DNA from: Tricharina praecox
Taxonomy: Eukaryota
Length of the DNA stretch: 64,000 bases
Reading direction: 5' to 3'
Assembly: GCF_024521635.1 (NCBI RefSeq)
Contig: NW_026250403.1
Location: forward strand, 1,736,001 to 1,800,000
The notes beneath the pieces were generated by a model, which ran no database searches, had not been told where the DNA came from, and was given only the letters and a program-made list of their open reading frames with translations. Shown piece by piece: positions 13,270-25,546 of this stretch. Positions within the stretch are counted from its first letter, which is position 1; each line of letters opens with the position of its first letter. The translations under genes were made by a program, and so were the position numbers.

Positions 13270-15865
13270 CTGATATCTTCTTTTGCCTCTCAAAGTGTAC
13301 TGTACAAGCACGATCTTGACCGGCGTTTTTTTTTATTCCCACACAAACTCACTGAGCAATCTGCTTGCTTGTCCATTGCGTAGCGTCTGTTGTTGGTGAT
13401 GGGGCCGAGACTGATCTTGGTCTGGTACATACCTCCTACTATAGTAGTAGGTGTTTGTGTGTCTGCCTTTTGTTTGTTCGGGCTGTTATCCGCCCGTGCC
13501 GTTCGCGTGAATCCTTTTGTAGCTCTTTGGTCTCAGTGAGAACTCAAGATTGCGGGCTGCGCTTCTACATAGTAGAGCATCATTTGACAAGGTGGGACTG
13601 GGTACCTAGAGGTACCTAGAAGTGGTACCGCGGCTGCCCTAGGTATCCGGTGGCCTGGCCTGGCCTTGAATACTGCTCGCTCGTCTCCTCCATTCGATGA
13701 TACCTCACCTTCGGATACTCTGTTAACAGTCATGGGCACATTGACTATGGTTGGGTGAATATGTTGGACGAGTGATATTCTGTGTAAAAAGCTCGGCCTG
13801 TCGGAAACAAATAGCCGGATGGGTTGTTTGGGAAGGACGTCACAATATTGCTTCCAGCTTATATATGCATAGAAACCGGAGGAGGGACGTAATTGGGCGT
13901 GTCCGTATGTGAGCCTTACCATCCTTGCCCTTGCCCTTGCCTTCGGCCGGAGTTTCGCCTGGCTTTGGAGTCATGTCGATTCCTCACAGCCGCCATCTTC
14001 TCAAGCTCCCAGTGTACTCCGAAGGCTGGTCTAGTCTCAGTACCGAGGACTGGAGTGTAGCTATCTTTGCGATCAGTGATATGTATCCGAAGAGTGCACG
14101 TATGTACTAGTATGTACTTACACATCATCAGATTATTTTCGCTGATCACCGCCTCCCGCCGCAAGGGAAGGAACATTCAACAAAGAGCCAAGCGGCATCT
14201 TCCGGATGACTTCATGGTTCCCTGCGGTACTAGTCGCTAATATATTGACTTCTGACTTCAGATCCCAACTGGCCACTGCAAGGATGATGTCGAAATTTGA
14301 GGCGGGCGTGCCACCCGACAGTCCCAGCTCTGTGTGTAGGTATTTGGGAGCTTAGCATGTGTATATATCTCACGCCGTTATGGAAACAATGTCCAGGTCG
14401 AAGTTGCAGTACGCGTGATTTTTGATTGATTGTGAGCGGTCGGTCCCTGGGAATTTGTGGGTTCAGTTCGGAAGGAATCCGAACGGATATTTGTACATAC
14501 GTACCTACACCCGATGCCGAATGGCCAACAGCACGATAATCCTCGGGGTACATCGCCTATAGCAGGTTTCTTCCGTTGCCGTGGGATGCTGAATACCTAG
14601 GTTATGCAGTAGGGCTGTTGAGGGAGTTGGTGAAAACTTTGTGGGGCCAAGTGGAAACGGACAGGCCCATGCCTACCAGTAGTTACTTGGCTGCTGGGCT
14701 AGTTAATGGCTTTGTTTCGAATACTCCGTCAAACGCCTCCAGAGGATCGTCATGGTATGCATCCTTCTCATTCATCTTCATCGGCCAATTGAGTTGTCCT
14801 TCAACACTGCATTTTAGCCATCCAACACAGTGCGCAACTGACGGTCCCCACCTACTGAATAAATGCATGTTGAAAGTCCCCCACATCGGCAGGTGATAAA
14901 ACGTTGAAACAAGCTTATCTTGGGCAGTTCTTTTTGCCTCCAATCGCTCATCCGGAAGGTAAGCGATGGAACCATGCACTCTCCATCTTTATGCAAGGAA
15001 TTCACACCTGGAGATGCCCCCTCTCACTACCGTTCAACCAGTCAGAACCGTCCAATTTCAACAGTTGATAGGCTAGTTTCCCACCTATATGGATCGACCC
15101 TTTAGGCTCGCGGAGATCTGGCGCGACAGCTTACGCGGCCTTTGAAATTGGAGTACGGGTAAATCGATTGCAGAGGAAAAACCCTTGCCGCCGAGGTACC
15201 GATGTATGTACCTCTGGTATCGGGAACCGTGGTGACCGGGTGAATGGCTCCATGAAGACCGTCGACCAGGAACCGTAATAAGAATATGACGGCGTCGATA
15301 TGTATCACATGGAGCGAAACGGCGATCGCGTAGCTGGGAGTCGAGGTAGTTCCCGAGTGGGGAGGGCAAATTCTTACACCCGCGCACCAATCTCCAATGC
15401 ATAGCCGATAACCAAGCACGTATGAGCCATATCAAATCCCCCATTGCTCGAGGGCGCTTGTCGGAAAAAATCCGAGTGCCCAGACTTTGTTCGACGACGG
15501 ACAGCCTTTATGGGAGGCATGATCGCGGCGCTGGTCAGCGTATCTTTAATATGCGGTTCCGCATATATTGTTTGGCCCTCATGAAGCATACGTGGCCGGC
15601 CAGCCAGTGGAAGCTTCCGAACACCCGTAGATTACTCGGTTCGGCGGTATCCCAGACAGCTCGCCATGTGTCGTCACTCGCTTGTGTCGACGGGGGAGGG
15701 GAGAGGGAGGATGGTTTTGTGTATACCATGCTTCACCATAACGGCAGGAAAAAATTCCGAGGAATCAGGGAGAAAGAAAATTGCATAAAGGTGTATCCAT
15801 CCCGCCATCCCATATCTGCCTGCATCCCATCCACCAGCACCAACCACAAGGCAGCCTTCCACACA

Positions 15866-17172
15866 ATGGCCATTCTATCCACTCTTTTCACCGCGCTGCT
15901 TGCGGCCACCGTCGCCATTGTGCCTATCGCCGCACACGATCACTCATCGGAAGGGATGGCAAAGCGAGCAGTTCACTCCCTCAAGGCTCGCAACTCCCTA
16001 GCTAAATGCTCGGAGAAGCTGAAGTCTCGCGACTTTGTCGAGCACCGGATGGCACGTCGTGCCGAACTCATCGAGAGCCATTTTGAGAAGAGGACATTGG
16101 AGACGAGGCAGTGGCAAAACAGGCCGCCGCCGCAGGCTCCTGGAAACACCTCCGAGCCTTGCATCCTGACTCCGGAGGTGACGGTCGGACCTTACTGTGA
16201 GCTCGGGCCTTGAATAAATCTACCTTCATGGTTACTAATAGGATCGATGTAGACGTCAGCGATGAACTCATCCGACCAGACATCAGCGAGGGCCAGGACG
16301 GAATTGACCTCCTCCTCGATTTCCAGTTGATCGATGTCAACACCTGCTTGCCCGTTCCGAGGGCTATGATCGACGTGTGGCATTGCAACGTAGACACCCG
16401 TCTTCTACATAGATATCACCCAGAAGAAGGCTGACCTGTGCTCTAGACCACCGGTAGCTACTCGGGTTTCGCCCAGGAAAATACTGCTGTATGTTTATTT
16501 CCTCGCATGATGTACACGAATAAGGATGAATATATTAACGTTTTTGCCAGGAGTTATCTTTCAACCGTGGTCTGCAGCCCACCGACCGCAATGGAATCAT
16601 GCACATGAAGACCAGCTTTCCTGGATGGTACCAAGGGCGTGCAACCCACATCCATGTAGGTCAAATCCTCTCCGTACCAACTCGAGCAACCTCACTGACA
16701 CATTCCAGATCGCCGCCCATATCAACGGCAAAGTCAACCGCGAGACGCACACCTACGAAGGCGGCATAACCAACCACGTCGGACAAGTCTTCTTCCCTGA
16801 AGACACCCTAACAGCAGTCGAGACCGTCGCTCCGTACAACACCAACGAAGTGATCCGTCTCCGCAACGCGGAGGACGGAATCTTTGTTGAGGAAAACACA
16901 GGCTACAACGCCGTCTCCGGTATGTCCCCACCTACACTCCTCGTTTCAACCGCCGCGCCTAACACATCGTCGCAGAGATCCAATTCCTCGGCAGGTCGAT
17001 CGAGGATGGAGTTCTGGCCTTCATCTCGATCGGTATCGACATCTCGGCGAACCACACCGATGCGCTGCTCGGTGGCGCTGGAGGTCCGGGTGGGCCTGGT
17101 GGACCGCCCAATGGAACTTTCCCTAGCAATGGGACGTTCCCTGGCGGAAACGGAACGACGCTGCCGGTGTAG
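15866..17172 (+). CDS. Secreted-type intradiol ring-cleavage dioxygenase family protein, multi-exon
   Basis: Signal peptide MAILSTLFTALLAATVAIVPIAA; CILTPEVTVGPYY, IDVWHCN, RGLQPTD, FPGWYQGRATHIH (two Tyr and two His iron ligands), HVGQVFF; Gly/Pro tail. Introns restore the frame. Confidence 0.92.
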
Positions 17173-17675
17173 GTGTGGGATGATGGGATGACGGGAGGAC
17201 TTGATTTCGCTGGATGAAATTGGAAAATTAGTGTACAAATGGAGTTTTTGCTGGCCATCAATACCTTCGCTGTTGCTTTGTGTGATTTTGAACATCTTAC
17301 ATACCGCCTACCTCCTACCATACCTGAATCGTGAATCGGGATGCGGGGACTAGTCATCTTAGTCGTATGCAAAATCGGGACATTACAAAAACTCGAAAAG
17401 ATAGTCATCAAGAGGAGAAAACGGAGAAGAGATTCATCTGGTTAGTTGCGGGATGGCTAGCCTACCTACTATAGTATTAAAGTGACGGTTAGGATTGGAA
17501 ATTCGGAATTTCAATGATGTAGGTATATCGGCCGAAAACGAGCTACGATCCGGGAGATAAGCAGAGGCCATACAACATTTGGGAGGCCGGAGAGGAAGGG
17601 GCGAGCGAGTGATCCGATATGGAGAACTAGGTGGCGATGGCGCGGGAGGTTTATAAGGGTAAACACAAATCTTCA

Positions 17676-17825
17676 CTCACGGAAAAAACCCCGCGTGGCC
17701 TTGTCCGCTGGCCATAACCCCGGAGTAGAGAGTCCTCGGTTCAGCTCCCTGGAGAAGAGGGGTTTCCAAGCTACCCACCGGGGGTGGTGAAGGTTTTTGG
17801 TTTTTTTTGCCGCATTTTTTTTTGG
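17676..17825 (+). mobile_element. Structured, oligo-T-terminated segment, probably a retroelement end or SINE-like piece
   Basis: Nested inverted repeats and T-tracts directly upstream of a LINE RNase H relic; identity inferred. Confidence 0.35.
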
Positions 17826-17874
17826 CCTGTGGCATATATGAGATGTCACTCGGTAATCGAGTGCGATAACATGA

Positions 17875-18255
17875 ATGGAACCTAAAGTAGCGCCACCAAG
17901 CCTAAGCCTATGGCTGGGACTGACAGGAAGACATGAAAAGACAATCCTGTGCGAAGACTCACCTCTAGTCGCCGCCACAGTGATTGCAGACCGGGAGGCA
18001 GTGAAGAACGAAGCCCAAACCCCTCGGCTCGGGTTGACCATGTGGACAGACGGATTGCGGTTGCAGCGCGATGGAGCATGCGGATATTCAGTGGCATGGA
18101 GAAGAGGCCTGACCAGCTGGCGAGGATGCAAAACCCATATGAGCTACAACCAAGAGGCCTACGGCGCAGAGTGCGCTGCCATAGTAAGGGCACTGGAAAC
18201 GGCAGCAGGGCTTCATGCTAGACGTCTGCTGAGATTTTTTCTGCAATGGAAATGA
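17875..18255 (+). mobile_element. Non-LTR retrotransposon (LINE) RNase H domain relic
   Basis: WTDG...GACGYSVAW...NQEAYGAECAAIVRAL resembles the RNase HI D...E motifs of fungal LINE ORF2. Truncated, with no RT nearby. Confidence 0.7.
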
Positions 18256-18601
18256 TAATATGCAAAGAAAACGATCAAATCTTCCTAAATTCGGAGCGTA
18301 GAAGCGTAATGGCTAGTACCTAACTGCTTATATCCTGTTAGGATACTTATTGGGCAAATGTTAGTGGATTTGCCTCGTTGATCTCGGCGGTGGCCCTGGT
18401 GAGGAATTGGGCTCTTCGCTCGGCGCCGCAGATAGCACAGAACGCACTTAGTCACTCATGGGAACTACGAAATACAAGGCTAGAAACCGTGGGAAGCACA
18501 GCTCAGCACAACAGACTACTTTTGTGGTAATGGACATAAAACTCGTTTTATAGACGCGAAAGAATGACTGGAGATTTTGCGGTATCTAGAGACTAAACCC
18601 C

Positions 18602-20024
18602 TCACTGCGTGCCACCAGAAAACCGCTTGACGTAACCTTGAGCAGCTCCGACGTAACCTTGAGTAGCTCTGTAGGACTTCATCCACCAAGTCTTCTCCCT
18701 GGCAGCAAGCTTGGCCTTCTTAGCCTTGAAGCGGGGAAGATCACCACCGATACCAACGAAGACATTCGGAAGAGGGCAAGGCGGGCCTCTGATTCTCAGC
18801 TGTTCCTCTCTCGCCTTCTTTTCGCGGGCCAATTTCGCAAGTGTCGAAGGCCTGCGGTCCGGAAGTGTCCAGTCGACATTACCAGGGTCTCTGACGCACT
18901 GCGTGAAGATGTGCCAGCTGTAATGAAGGATGAAGCCTATGACAAGGCTGGCAACGACTATAGCCATCGCAAAAAAGAGGCGCGCGGAAATCTTAGCGCG
19001 ATCTGCCATTGCCTGTTCGCACGCGCAGGGGATGAAGTAGTTCTTGCGGTGGAGGCAGTGGCATCCGGCGATGTTGATCTCCTTATCGGTCTCCTTGGTC
19101 TCTATGAGAGAGTTGTCAGGAATGTTCGGAGATGACACGACGACACCCTCAGTGTGGTTGTGGTGAAGCCGGTGCTGCTCTCCGGTGAGGTGCTCCCATG
19201 TATAATTCCCGCAGACTCTTGTAAGATTGGCGATTGGAAACCGGGCTTTCGAGAAGTGAAACCAGAAATAGGCAGAGAACTTGGTGGGATTATCAATGAG
19301 CTTCGGCGGCTCCCTCGTGGCGTCGTCGGCATGAAACTCCTGGGCGTGGGAATGGTGGGACTCAGCATCGTGGTCGTGAGAATGATGGGCCTCAGTATTG
19401 TGACCGTAGTCGTGGTCCAGATCGTGACCGAGATCCTGATTCTGGGATTTGCGTTAGCTTCTTTCATGTGGACACGGGCTAAGTGAGTCTGTTGACCTGT
19501 TTATTGTCCTGTTTTGGGACTTTCTCGAGCTGCTTGGTATGGCCGCTTGAGGGCACGATAAACGTAGCCTTGATGGATATCTTGCGATCAGCGGTCTGGG
19601 CTTTGTTGAAAAACTCCACCGAAGCCGTGACTTCAGTGGAAGTCTCGGTGGAGCCGTCCGTAGCCTGTCGGATCCTGTTAGCATGACCCACCATGATATC
19701 AAGGAACCATACCTCGGGAAATGGCACGCGAGAGATCAATGCCGCAGTAGAGTTGAGAGGGTGAATAGAAGCGATGTCGCGCATGACCTTTGGATGCTAC
19801 GACACATATTAGCGCCAGCTCCGTCTCAGCGTGACGATATTCCGAAAAGAACAAGATGTTACAAATCAGGAGCATTGTAATAAACATACCACATTGATTT
19901 CAGTGTGCTGCGCGTAGTAGTCATTGACCTTGTTAACGCTCTTCTTCTCCATGATGACCCGACCATTAACCAGGTTCGCCAGAAGGAGAAGAATCGCCAG
20001 AAGCGATCCAAAGATGGTATGCAT
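18602..20024 (-). CDS. Orphan type I membrane protein with His-rich ectodomain; exons 20024-19890, 19796-19497, 19441-18602 (424 aa)
   Basis: Signal peptide MHTIFGSLLAILLLLANLVNG; two phase-0 introns with gctaat/gctaac branch sites; His-rich segment, Cys cluster, one TM helix (LFFAMAIVVASLVIGFIL), basic tail. Confidence 0.7.
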
Positions 20025-20807
20025 TTTCAGCTTGGGAGGGGAAATGTTGAGGTGGCCAGATGGTTGGTGCTGGGTTGTCGTTGATGTTCGGAGGTTGTTG
20101 GTGAAGAGCTATTGAAGACGGTAGGGCTGTTTTCTACTATCAATATGTGAGTAAGGACTTCTTAGGGCTTATTATGTTTAACCCCAACTAGCGTTTCAGT
20201 TCGAAGAGAGAGGTGGACCAATGGGCGGTTGTGGTTGTGTATAGGATGAAACTAGTACATGTAATTCGAAAAACCAGTAAGCTTACCTAGAATCATTGAT
20301 AAGTTTGTTCGCAGGAAAACCCATAGACCGTCTTTGTTTTTGTTTAATCATGATTCCATACGATCTACCTAGGTAGATCATGGCAGTATCCGCCCATATA
20401 CACACTCTTCTTCCACTCCTCACTCCACCTCCCCCTGCCTCTTCATCAGGAGATGCCATGAAGGCGGGTGTGGGGAGGAACAGCGGAAGTGACCTCGGTT
20501 CCTCAACCTCACTACATTCCTTCTCCTATACGCTCATTAAGGAGAGGAAGTCTATAATATCCTATCTGCACCGCTCGTCTGCAAAGAGGTCTCGGATCTT
20601 GAAGCGATCGAAAACCCATGGACTGGCGGTGACTAATGCGAGTCATATATCGTGGAGCAGGTGATAAGTTGTGCAGAGTGTCCAAAAGAAGCATTAGCGC
20701 TTCTTGGCGCCCTGCTCCCCACTACCGAAATTCTTCTGACTGACTTTCTCGTCGCGCACCAACTTCACGGCGGCACCTTATCTTTCCACAACCCGTCCTA
20801 CACCACC

Positions 20808-23747
20808 ATGAATCGCAACAAAGTACGTCTCTCGATCTTCCCACTTCTACCCACGCGGAAGCAGCATATAACTTACCATTACTACGAACCCCCCACAGAA
20901 GAAGGGCGGTAACGGCGATCGTAACAAGTTCGGCAACCGCAAGCGCGAACGCGGTACCGGACCTGCCAAGGGCGAGCGCGGGAACTACACTTCAATTACC
21001 ACGGAGAACGCGCTTTTCGAACGTTTCTACAAGGAGAGCAATGTTGTACCCGAGGACGAGTGGGAGGACTTCTGGGGAGCTCTGAAAAGGACTCTCCCGA
21101 CTACCTTTAGGTTTACCGGATCCAGAGGGTTCGTTGGCACATTCTGGCGGGGGTAGCGGGTGGCGTACGGTGGGGGGATGTGTTTCTGTGGGGCTGACAT
21201 GCGCTTGGTAGCCATGCGTTGACTACTCTGAAGGCGCTCCAGGATATCTATATCCCGCACCTGAAGGGCATTGAGTGGGACGGACAGCTAGTTGACCCTC
21301 CCAGGCCGTTGGCTTTCTATCCTGACAATCTTGGTATCTCTCTCTGGTCGGGGCGAGGTGCGCATCTGGCGATGCCATTGCTAATAGAGTATGTATAGCT
21401 TGGGGAATGACCACCGGAAAGTCTGTTATCCGCCGATGCCCGCCTTTCAAGAAGTTCCAGAACTACCTTGTCGCCGAGACTACCATTGGAAATATCTCTC
21501 GCCAGGAAGCTGTCTCGATGATTCCCCCGTTGCTCATGAATATCGAGCCCCACCACGTGGTACTCGACATGTGCGCCGCCCCCGGGTCAAAAACTGCGCA
21601 GCTTGTAGAGATGATACACAATGGAGAAGAGGCCGCTGTCAGCGCTTCTTCGACGGGCACCGGCTCGGCGGAGATGACCAAGGAAGGCGAGATGGGCGGA
21701 AGAGCGACGGGTATCGTCATCGCCAACGATGCCGACTACAAGCGCAGTCACATGTTGATCCACCAGACTAAACGTCTCAATTCTCCCAACCTGATCGTCA
21801 CGAACCACGATGCCACCATGTACCCAAGCTTGCTCATCTCCAACCCCAAAGATGAAGTGAAGCAGTACCTCAAGTACGATCGCATTCTCGCTGATGTACC
21901 TTGTTCGGGAGACGGAACAGCCCGCAAGAACTACAACGTCTGGAAGGATTGGAACCCTCACGGTGCATTCAACCTCCATGCGATTCAAGTCAGAATCCTG
22001 GTGCGCGGGCTTCAGATGCTCAAGGTTGGCGGAAGACTAGTGTACTCGACCTGTTCCATGAACCCCATCGAGAACGAGGCCGTTATCCAAACCGCTATCC
22101 GCCGCTGCGGTGGCATGAGCAAGGTGGAGATCGTAGATGTGAGCGACCAGCTTCCGAACCTCAAGCGCAAGTCAGGCCTCAAGGGTGGCTGGAGGGTTAT
22201 GGACAAGGACCAGCAGTGGTACTCCACGTACAACGATATCCTCACAGATGACGAAGGCAAAGAGACCCGGGTTGGTCGGATTACGAAAAGCATGTTCCCT
22301 AGCGAAGATGGCAAGGCGGAAGATGACCCCTCCAGAATTCCCCTTGAGCGGTGTGTTCGCGTCTACCCACACCTTCAGGACACTGGTGGTTTCTTCATCA
22401 CTGTCCTGAGGAAGAAGGAGGAGATTCGTGCCATCGAGCCCGAGATTACTAAGCAGCAAAGGCTTGCCGAGCTCCAGCAATCAACAGGTACCAGCACTCC
22501 CGTTGAGGTCTCCACACCAGTTGAGGCATCAGAAATTACCCTCAAGACCGAAATCATTCCTGTTCTCCAGCAAGAACGGAACACCACCCCCTCTCCTCCT
22601 CCCTCACCCGGCAAGCGCAAGCTGGACTCACCAGCGCCTGCTCCAACTGTCAAGAAGCTTAAGGCGGAAGTCGACGAGACCAGTGCCGTTCCGGAAACCG
22701 AAGATGCCTCGATTATCATTTTGCCGCCGGCGCCGGAAGTCTCTACTGAAGCTCCCAGGGCCTTCAACCCCCGCACCTCCACTGGCAAGAAGGGACCCCC
22801 ACCAGAGGAACCTTTCAAGTTCCTTCCCTTCGACCATGAGGTTTTACAGCGTATCTACGCTTTTTATGGCCTCTCTGACCGCTTCCCGAGAACATGTTTC
22901 ATGGTCCGAAACGCTGAGGCCCTCCCCGTCCGTGCGATCTACTTCACCTCACATCTGGCGAAGAAGATCCTGCAGTCCAACGAGGGACGTGGTGTCAAGT
23001 TCGTTCACTGTGGTGTCAAGGCTTTCATGAAGCAGGATGTCCAGTCTCCGGAGGTGTGCCCGTGGAGGATCCAGAGTGAGGGCCTTAACATCGTGGCCCC
23101 ATGGATTGGCTCGGAACGCTTGGTGCACGCCACCAAGAGGGAAACCGTGCACACCCTGCTTCGTGAGCTCTTTCCCAAGGTCGGAGGGCAAGAGAAGGCG
23201 GCCAAAGAGAATGAGTCTAAGGGAGAAGACACCGACGAGGTCAAGGAGGGGGAGGCGAAGGATGTGGCCGTACCTGAAGCAGACGTCACTGCGGAGGTAG
23301 AGGATATGACAGTTGCTAAGGGCTCCTTCATGACTATCGGTGAAATCGACGAGCAGGTCAGCAACCTTGGCATGGGCTGCTGTATCCTCAAAGTAGCCAA
23401 ATCTCCTGGCGAGTTCGACGACGATATGATCCTACCGCTGTGGAAGAGCCGATTCAGCTGCAACTTGATGCTGCCCAAAGACGACCGGAAGTGAGTATCT
23501 CTGTGGCAGCTCTGACGCGATGGGTACTAACTTCTCTGTGCTTAGGGCTATGCTACTGCGGTTGTTCGATGACACTTCCGACATCAAGGACTCGACAAAC
23601 AAGAATCACCACTCCCACCGGGATGCAAATGTAGCGGCTAAGCTAGCAAAGGCTGAGGAGGCTGAGGGGGCGGAGGAGAAGTCAGAGGAGGTAGACACCG
23701 AGATGGCTGATGAGGAAGCCAAAGATGAAGAGATGGTCGAGGCGTAG
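20808..23747 (+). CDS. NCL1: tRNA (cytosine-5)-methyltransferase NCL1/TRM4 (NSUN2 family), multi-exon with 15-nt first exon
   Basis: ISRQEAVSMIPP, LDMCAAPGSKT, DVPCSGDG, YSTCSMNPIENE, PHLQDTGGFF. Confidence 0.96.
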
Positions 23748-23960
23748 TTATAGATGTGTAAGCTCTTACATATGGATTACTGGGTAATAAAAGTTGATGT
23801 GCTTGCTTGAGACAATGTTGCTAAGAAGAGAATCCCGAAGACATTGCCACAAATGGATGAGCTACAACTTGAATAAACGAATGAAACTCCAATGCTATGC
23901 TCCCTCCAACTAACTCCAACAAGCAAATGCAGCTGAAAGAAACACCGCCATCAACTCCCG

Positions 23961-24827
23961 CTACATCAAGAAATGGATCCAAATCCCCCCCACATTGATC
24001 GGCGCTCTCGCCAACCCCACCCTCCCATCCGTGCCCACCCTCAAGGCAACCTCAACTATCCCTGCACCCCTCTCGGCGATCATCTTTATCTCGGCCTCGA
24101 GCGTCGGCTCCTCCACAAATACCCACGGCTTAACCAGCCCAGGCACGGCCACCGGCGCATCAAGGGGCAACCTCGTGGTCCCAAACGCCCTGACGGGCTG
24201 GGTATCCATAATGGACGAGTACAACTCGATGTACCTCTCCATCTTCGCCTTCGGGGCCAACACGGTCAACTGCGCAATGCCCAGCACGCCGCTCGGATGC
24301 GTGGTCCCCTCCATATCGACCCTCAGCTTCCGCTCTGTCACATCATGACACCAAAACGGGATTTCTCCGCGGCGGTTCGGCGGCGGCGACCACGGCGGCG
24401 GCTTGACGGTGCTCTGGTTCACCGGCACAGTCACCTTCCACCGCACCTCCTTCCCGTCCTCGTCGCGGTGCCGCCCGCCGTCCTGCGGGAACGCATAGTC
24501 GATGCCCAGGCGGCCACTGCGCTTATTGATGCGGCCGCGCAAGCCGGTGTAGTCGAAGTCCCGCGGGGACGTGAGTGCGAAGTCGACGAAGCCGTAGTGC
24601 TTGGAGCCCCATGGGTGCCCGCGCCGGTGCGAGGGCGAGTCGTTGATGAACGCGATCAGCTCGAGGTACGTGCCGTCTTGGAACACGATCAGCTTGTTTT
24701 CCGTGCGCCCGTCCGTGTGCCGCCCGCCAGGCGTGATGGTGAAGTTGTCGGTTATCCATGAGGGCGGCGCTTGCAGGTCTTTATACGGCAGCAGGATCAC
24801 CACGTGGTCGATTTGCGCGGGAGCCAT
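23961..24827 (-). CDS. Glyoxalase-like (VOC fold, Glyoxalase_3-type) protein
   Basis: IDHVVILLP, GGRHTDGRTENKLIVFQDGTYLELIAF, GGR...W.V..P, PFWCHD.T.R..RV; intronless. Confidence 0.85.
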   Translation of the reverse strand: MAPAQIDHVVILLPYKDLQAPPSWITDNFTITPGGRHTDGRTENKLIVFQDGTYLELIAFINDSPSHRRGHPWGSKHYGFVDFALTSPRDFDYTGLRGRINKRSGRLGIDYAFPQDGGRHRDEDGKEVRWKVTVPVNQSTVKPPPWSPPPNRRGEIPFWCHDVTERKLRVDMEGTTHPSGVLGIAQLTVLAPKAKMERYIELYSSIMDTQPVRAFGTTRLPLDAPVAVPGLVKPWVFVEEPTLEAEIKMIAERGAGIVEVALRVGTDGRVGLARAPINVGGIWIHFLM

Positions 24828-25513
24828 GCGTGCGGATGCTGAGGATGTGGTCGGGTGCTCGGATGTTTCGTTTCGATGATGTGTGAGGGGCGGTGGTGGC
24901 GTCCGGACAAACTGATTGGGCAGAGTTGAAGAGTGTGTGGGCCAGAACAGGTTCTTCTTACTATTCAGTCTGGCTGTTCAGGTTCCTGCTTTGCTTTTCT
25001 CACAAGATCTGTTTCCGTCTCTTCCAGTGTCCGTCCGCACGGCGCTACATAAAGTCGGTCCCCCCACCTCCCCGAGACGCAATATTCCTCGCCGCTGATG
25101 CCATTGGAAGATGCAACTTCCGCCGTGGATGACGACATGATGGGGATTCTCTCCCTACTTAAATGGCGCTCGATGGCTGGCTGGCTGATGGAGATTGGAT
25201 GCAGCTTTCCTTCCATCTGGCGCTCCATCGCACTCCATCGTCCATAGTTACGCCGGTTGTTCGCTCGTCTTCCCGCCTCCGCCGCCGCCGGCAGATGGAA
25301 CAGAGTACACGTAGTAGAAGAAGCGCGGTAGATCATCCCGCACCGCTCCATGCTGCCCCGTTTTACGGCTAATAGCACAGGAAATATCATCGTCCCATCG
25401 TATACGGCGGCGTCTCAATGGCTGCTCGCTCGGGGGATATATCTGCTGTGCTGACCCGGCACGTGGTTTTCCGTCTAGGCGGTGCGGCGGTGCAGCGGTG
25501 GTTGTGGTCGTGG

Positions 25514-25546
25514 TGTTGTTGTTGTTGTTGTTGTTGTTGTGTGTGT
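25514..25546. repeat. (TGT)n microsatellite
   Basis: tgttgttgtt... run followed by gtgtgt. Confidence 0.9.
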
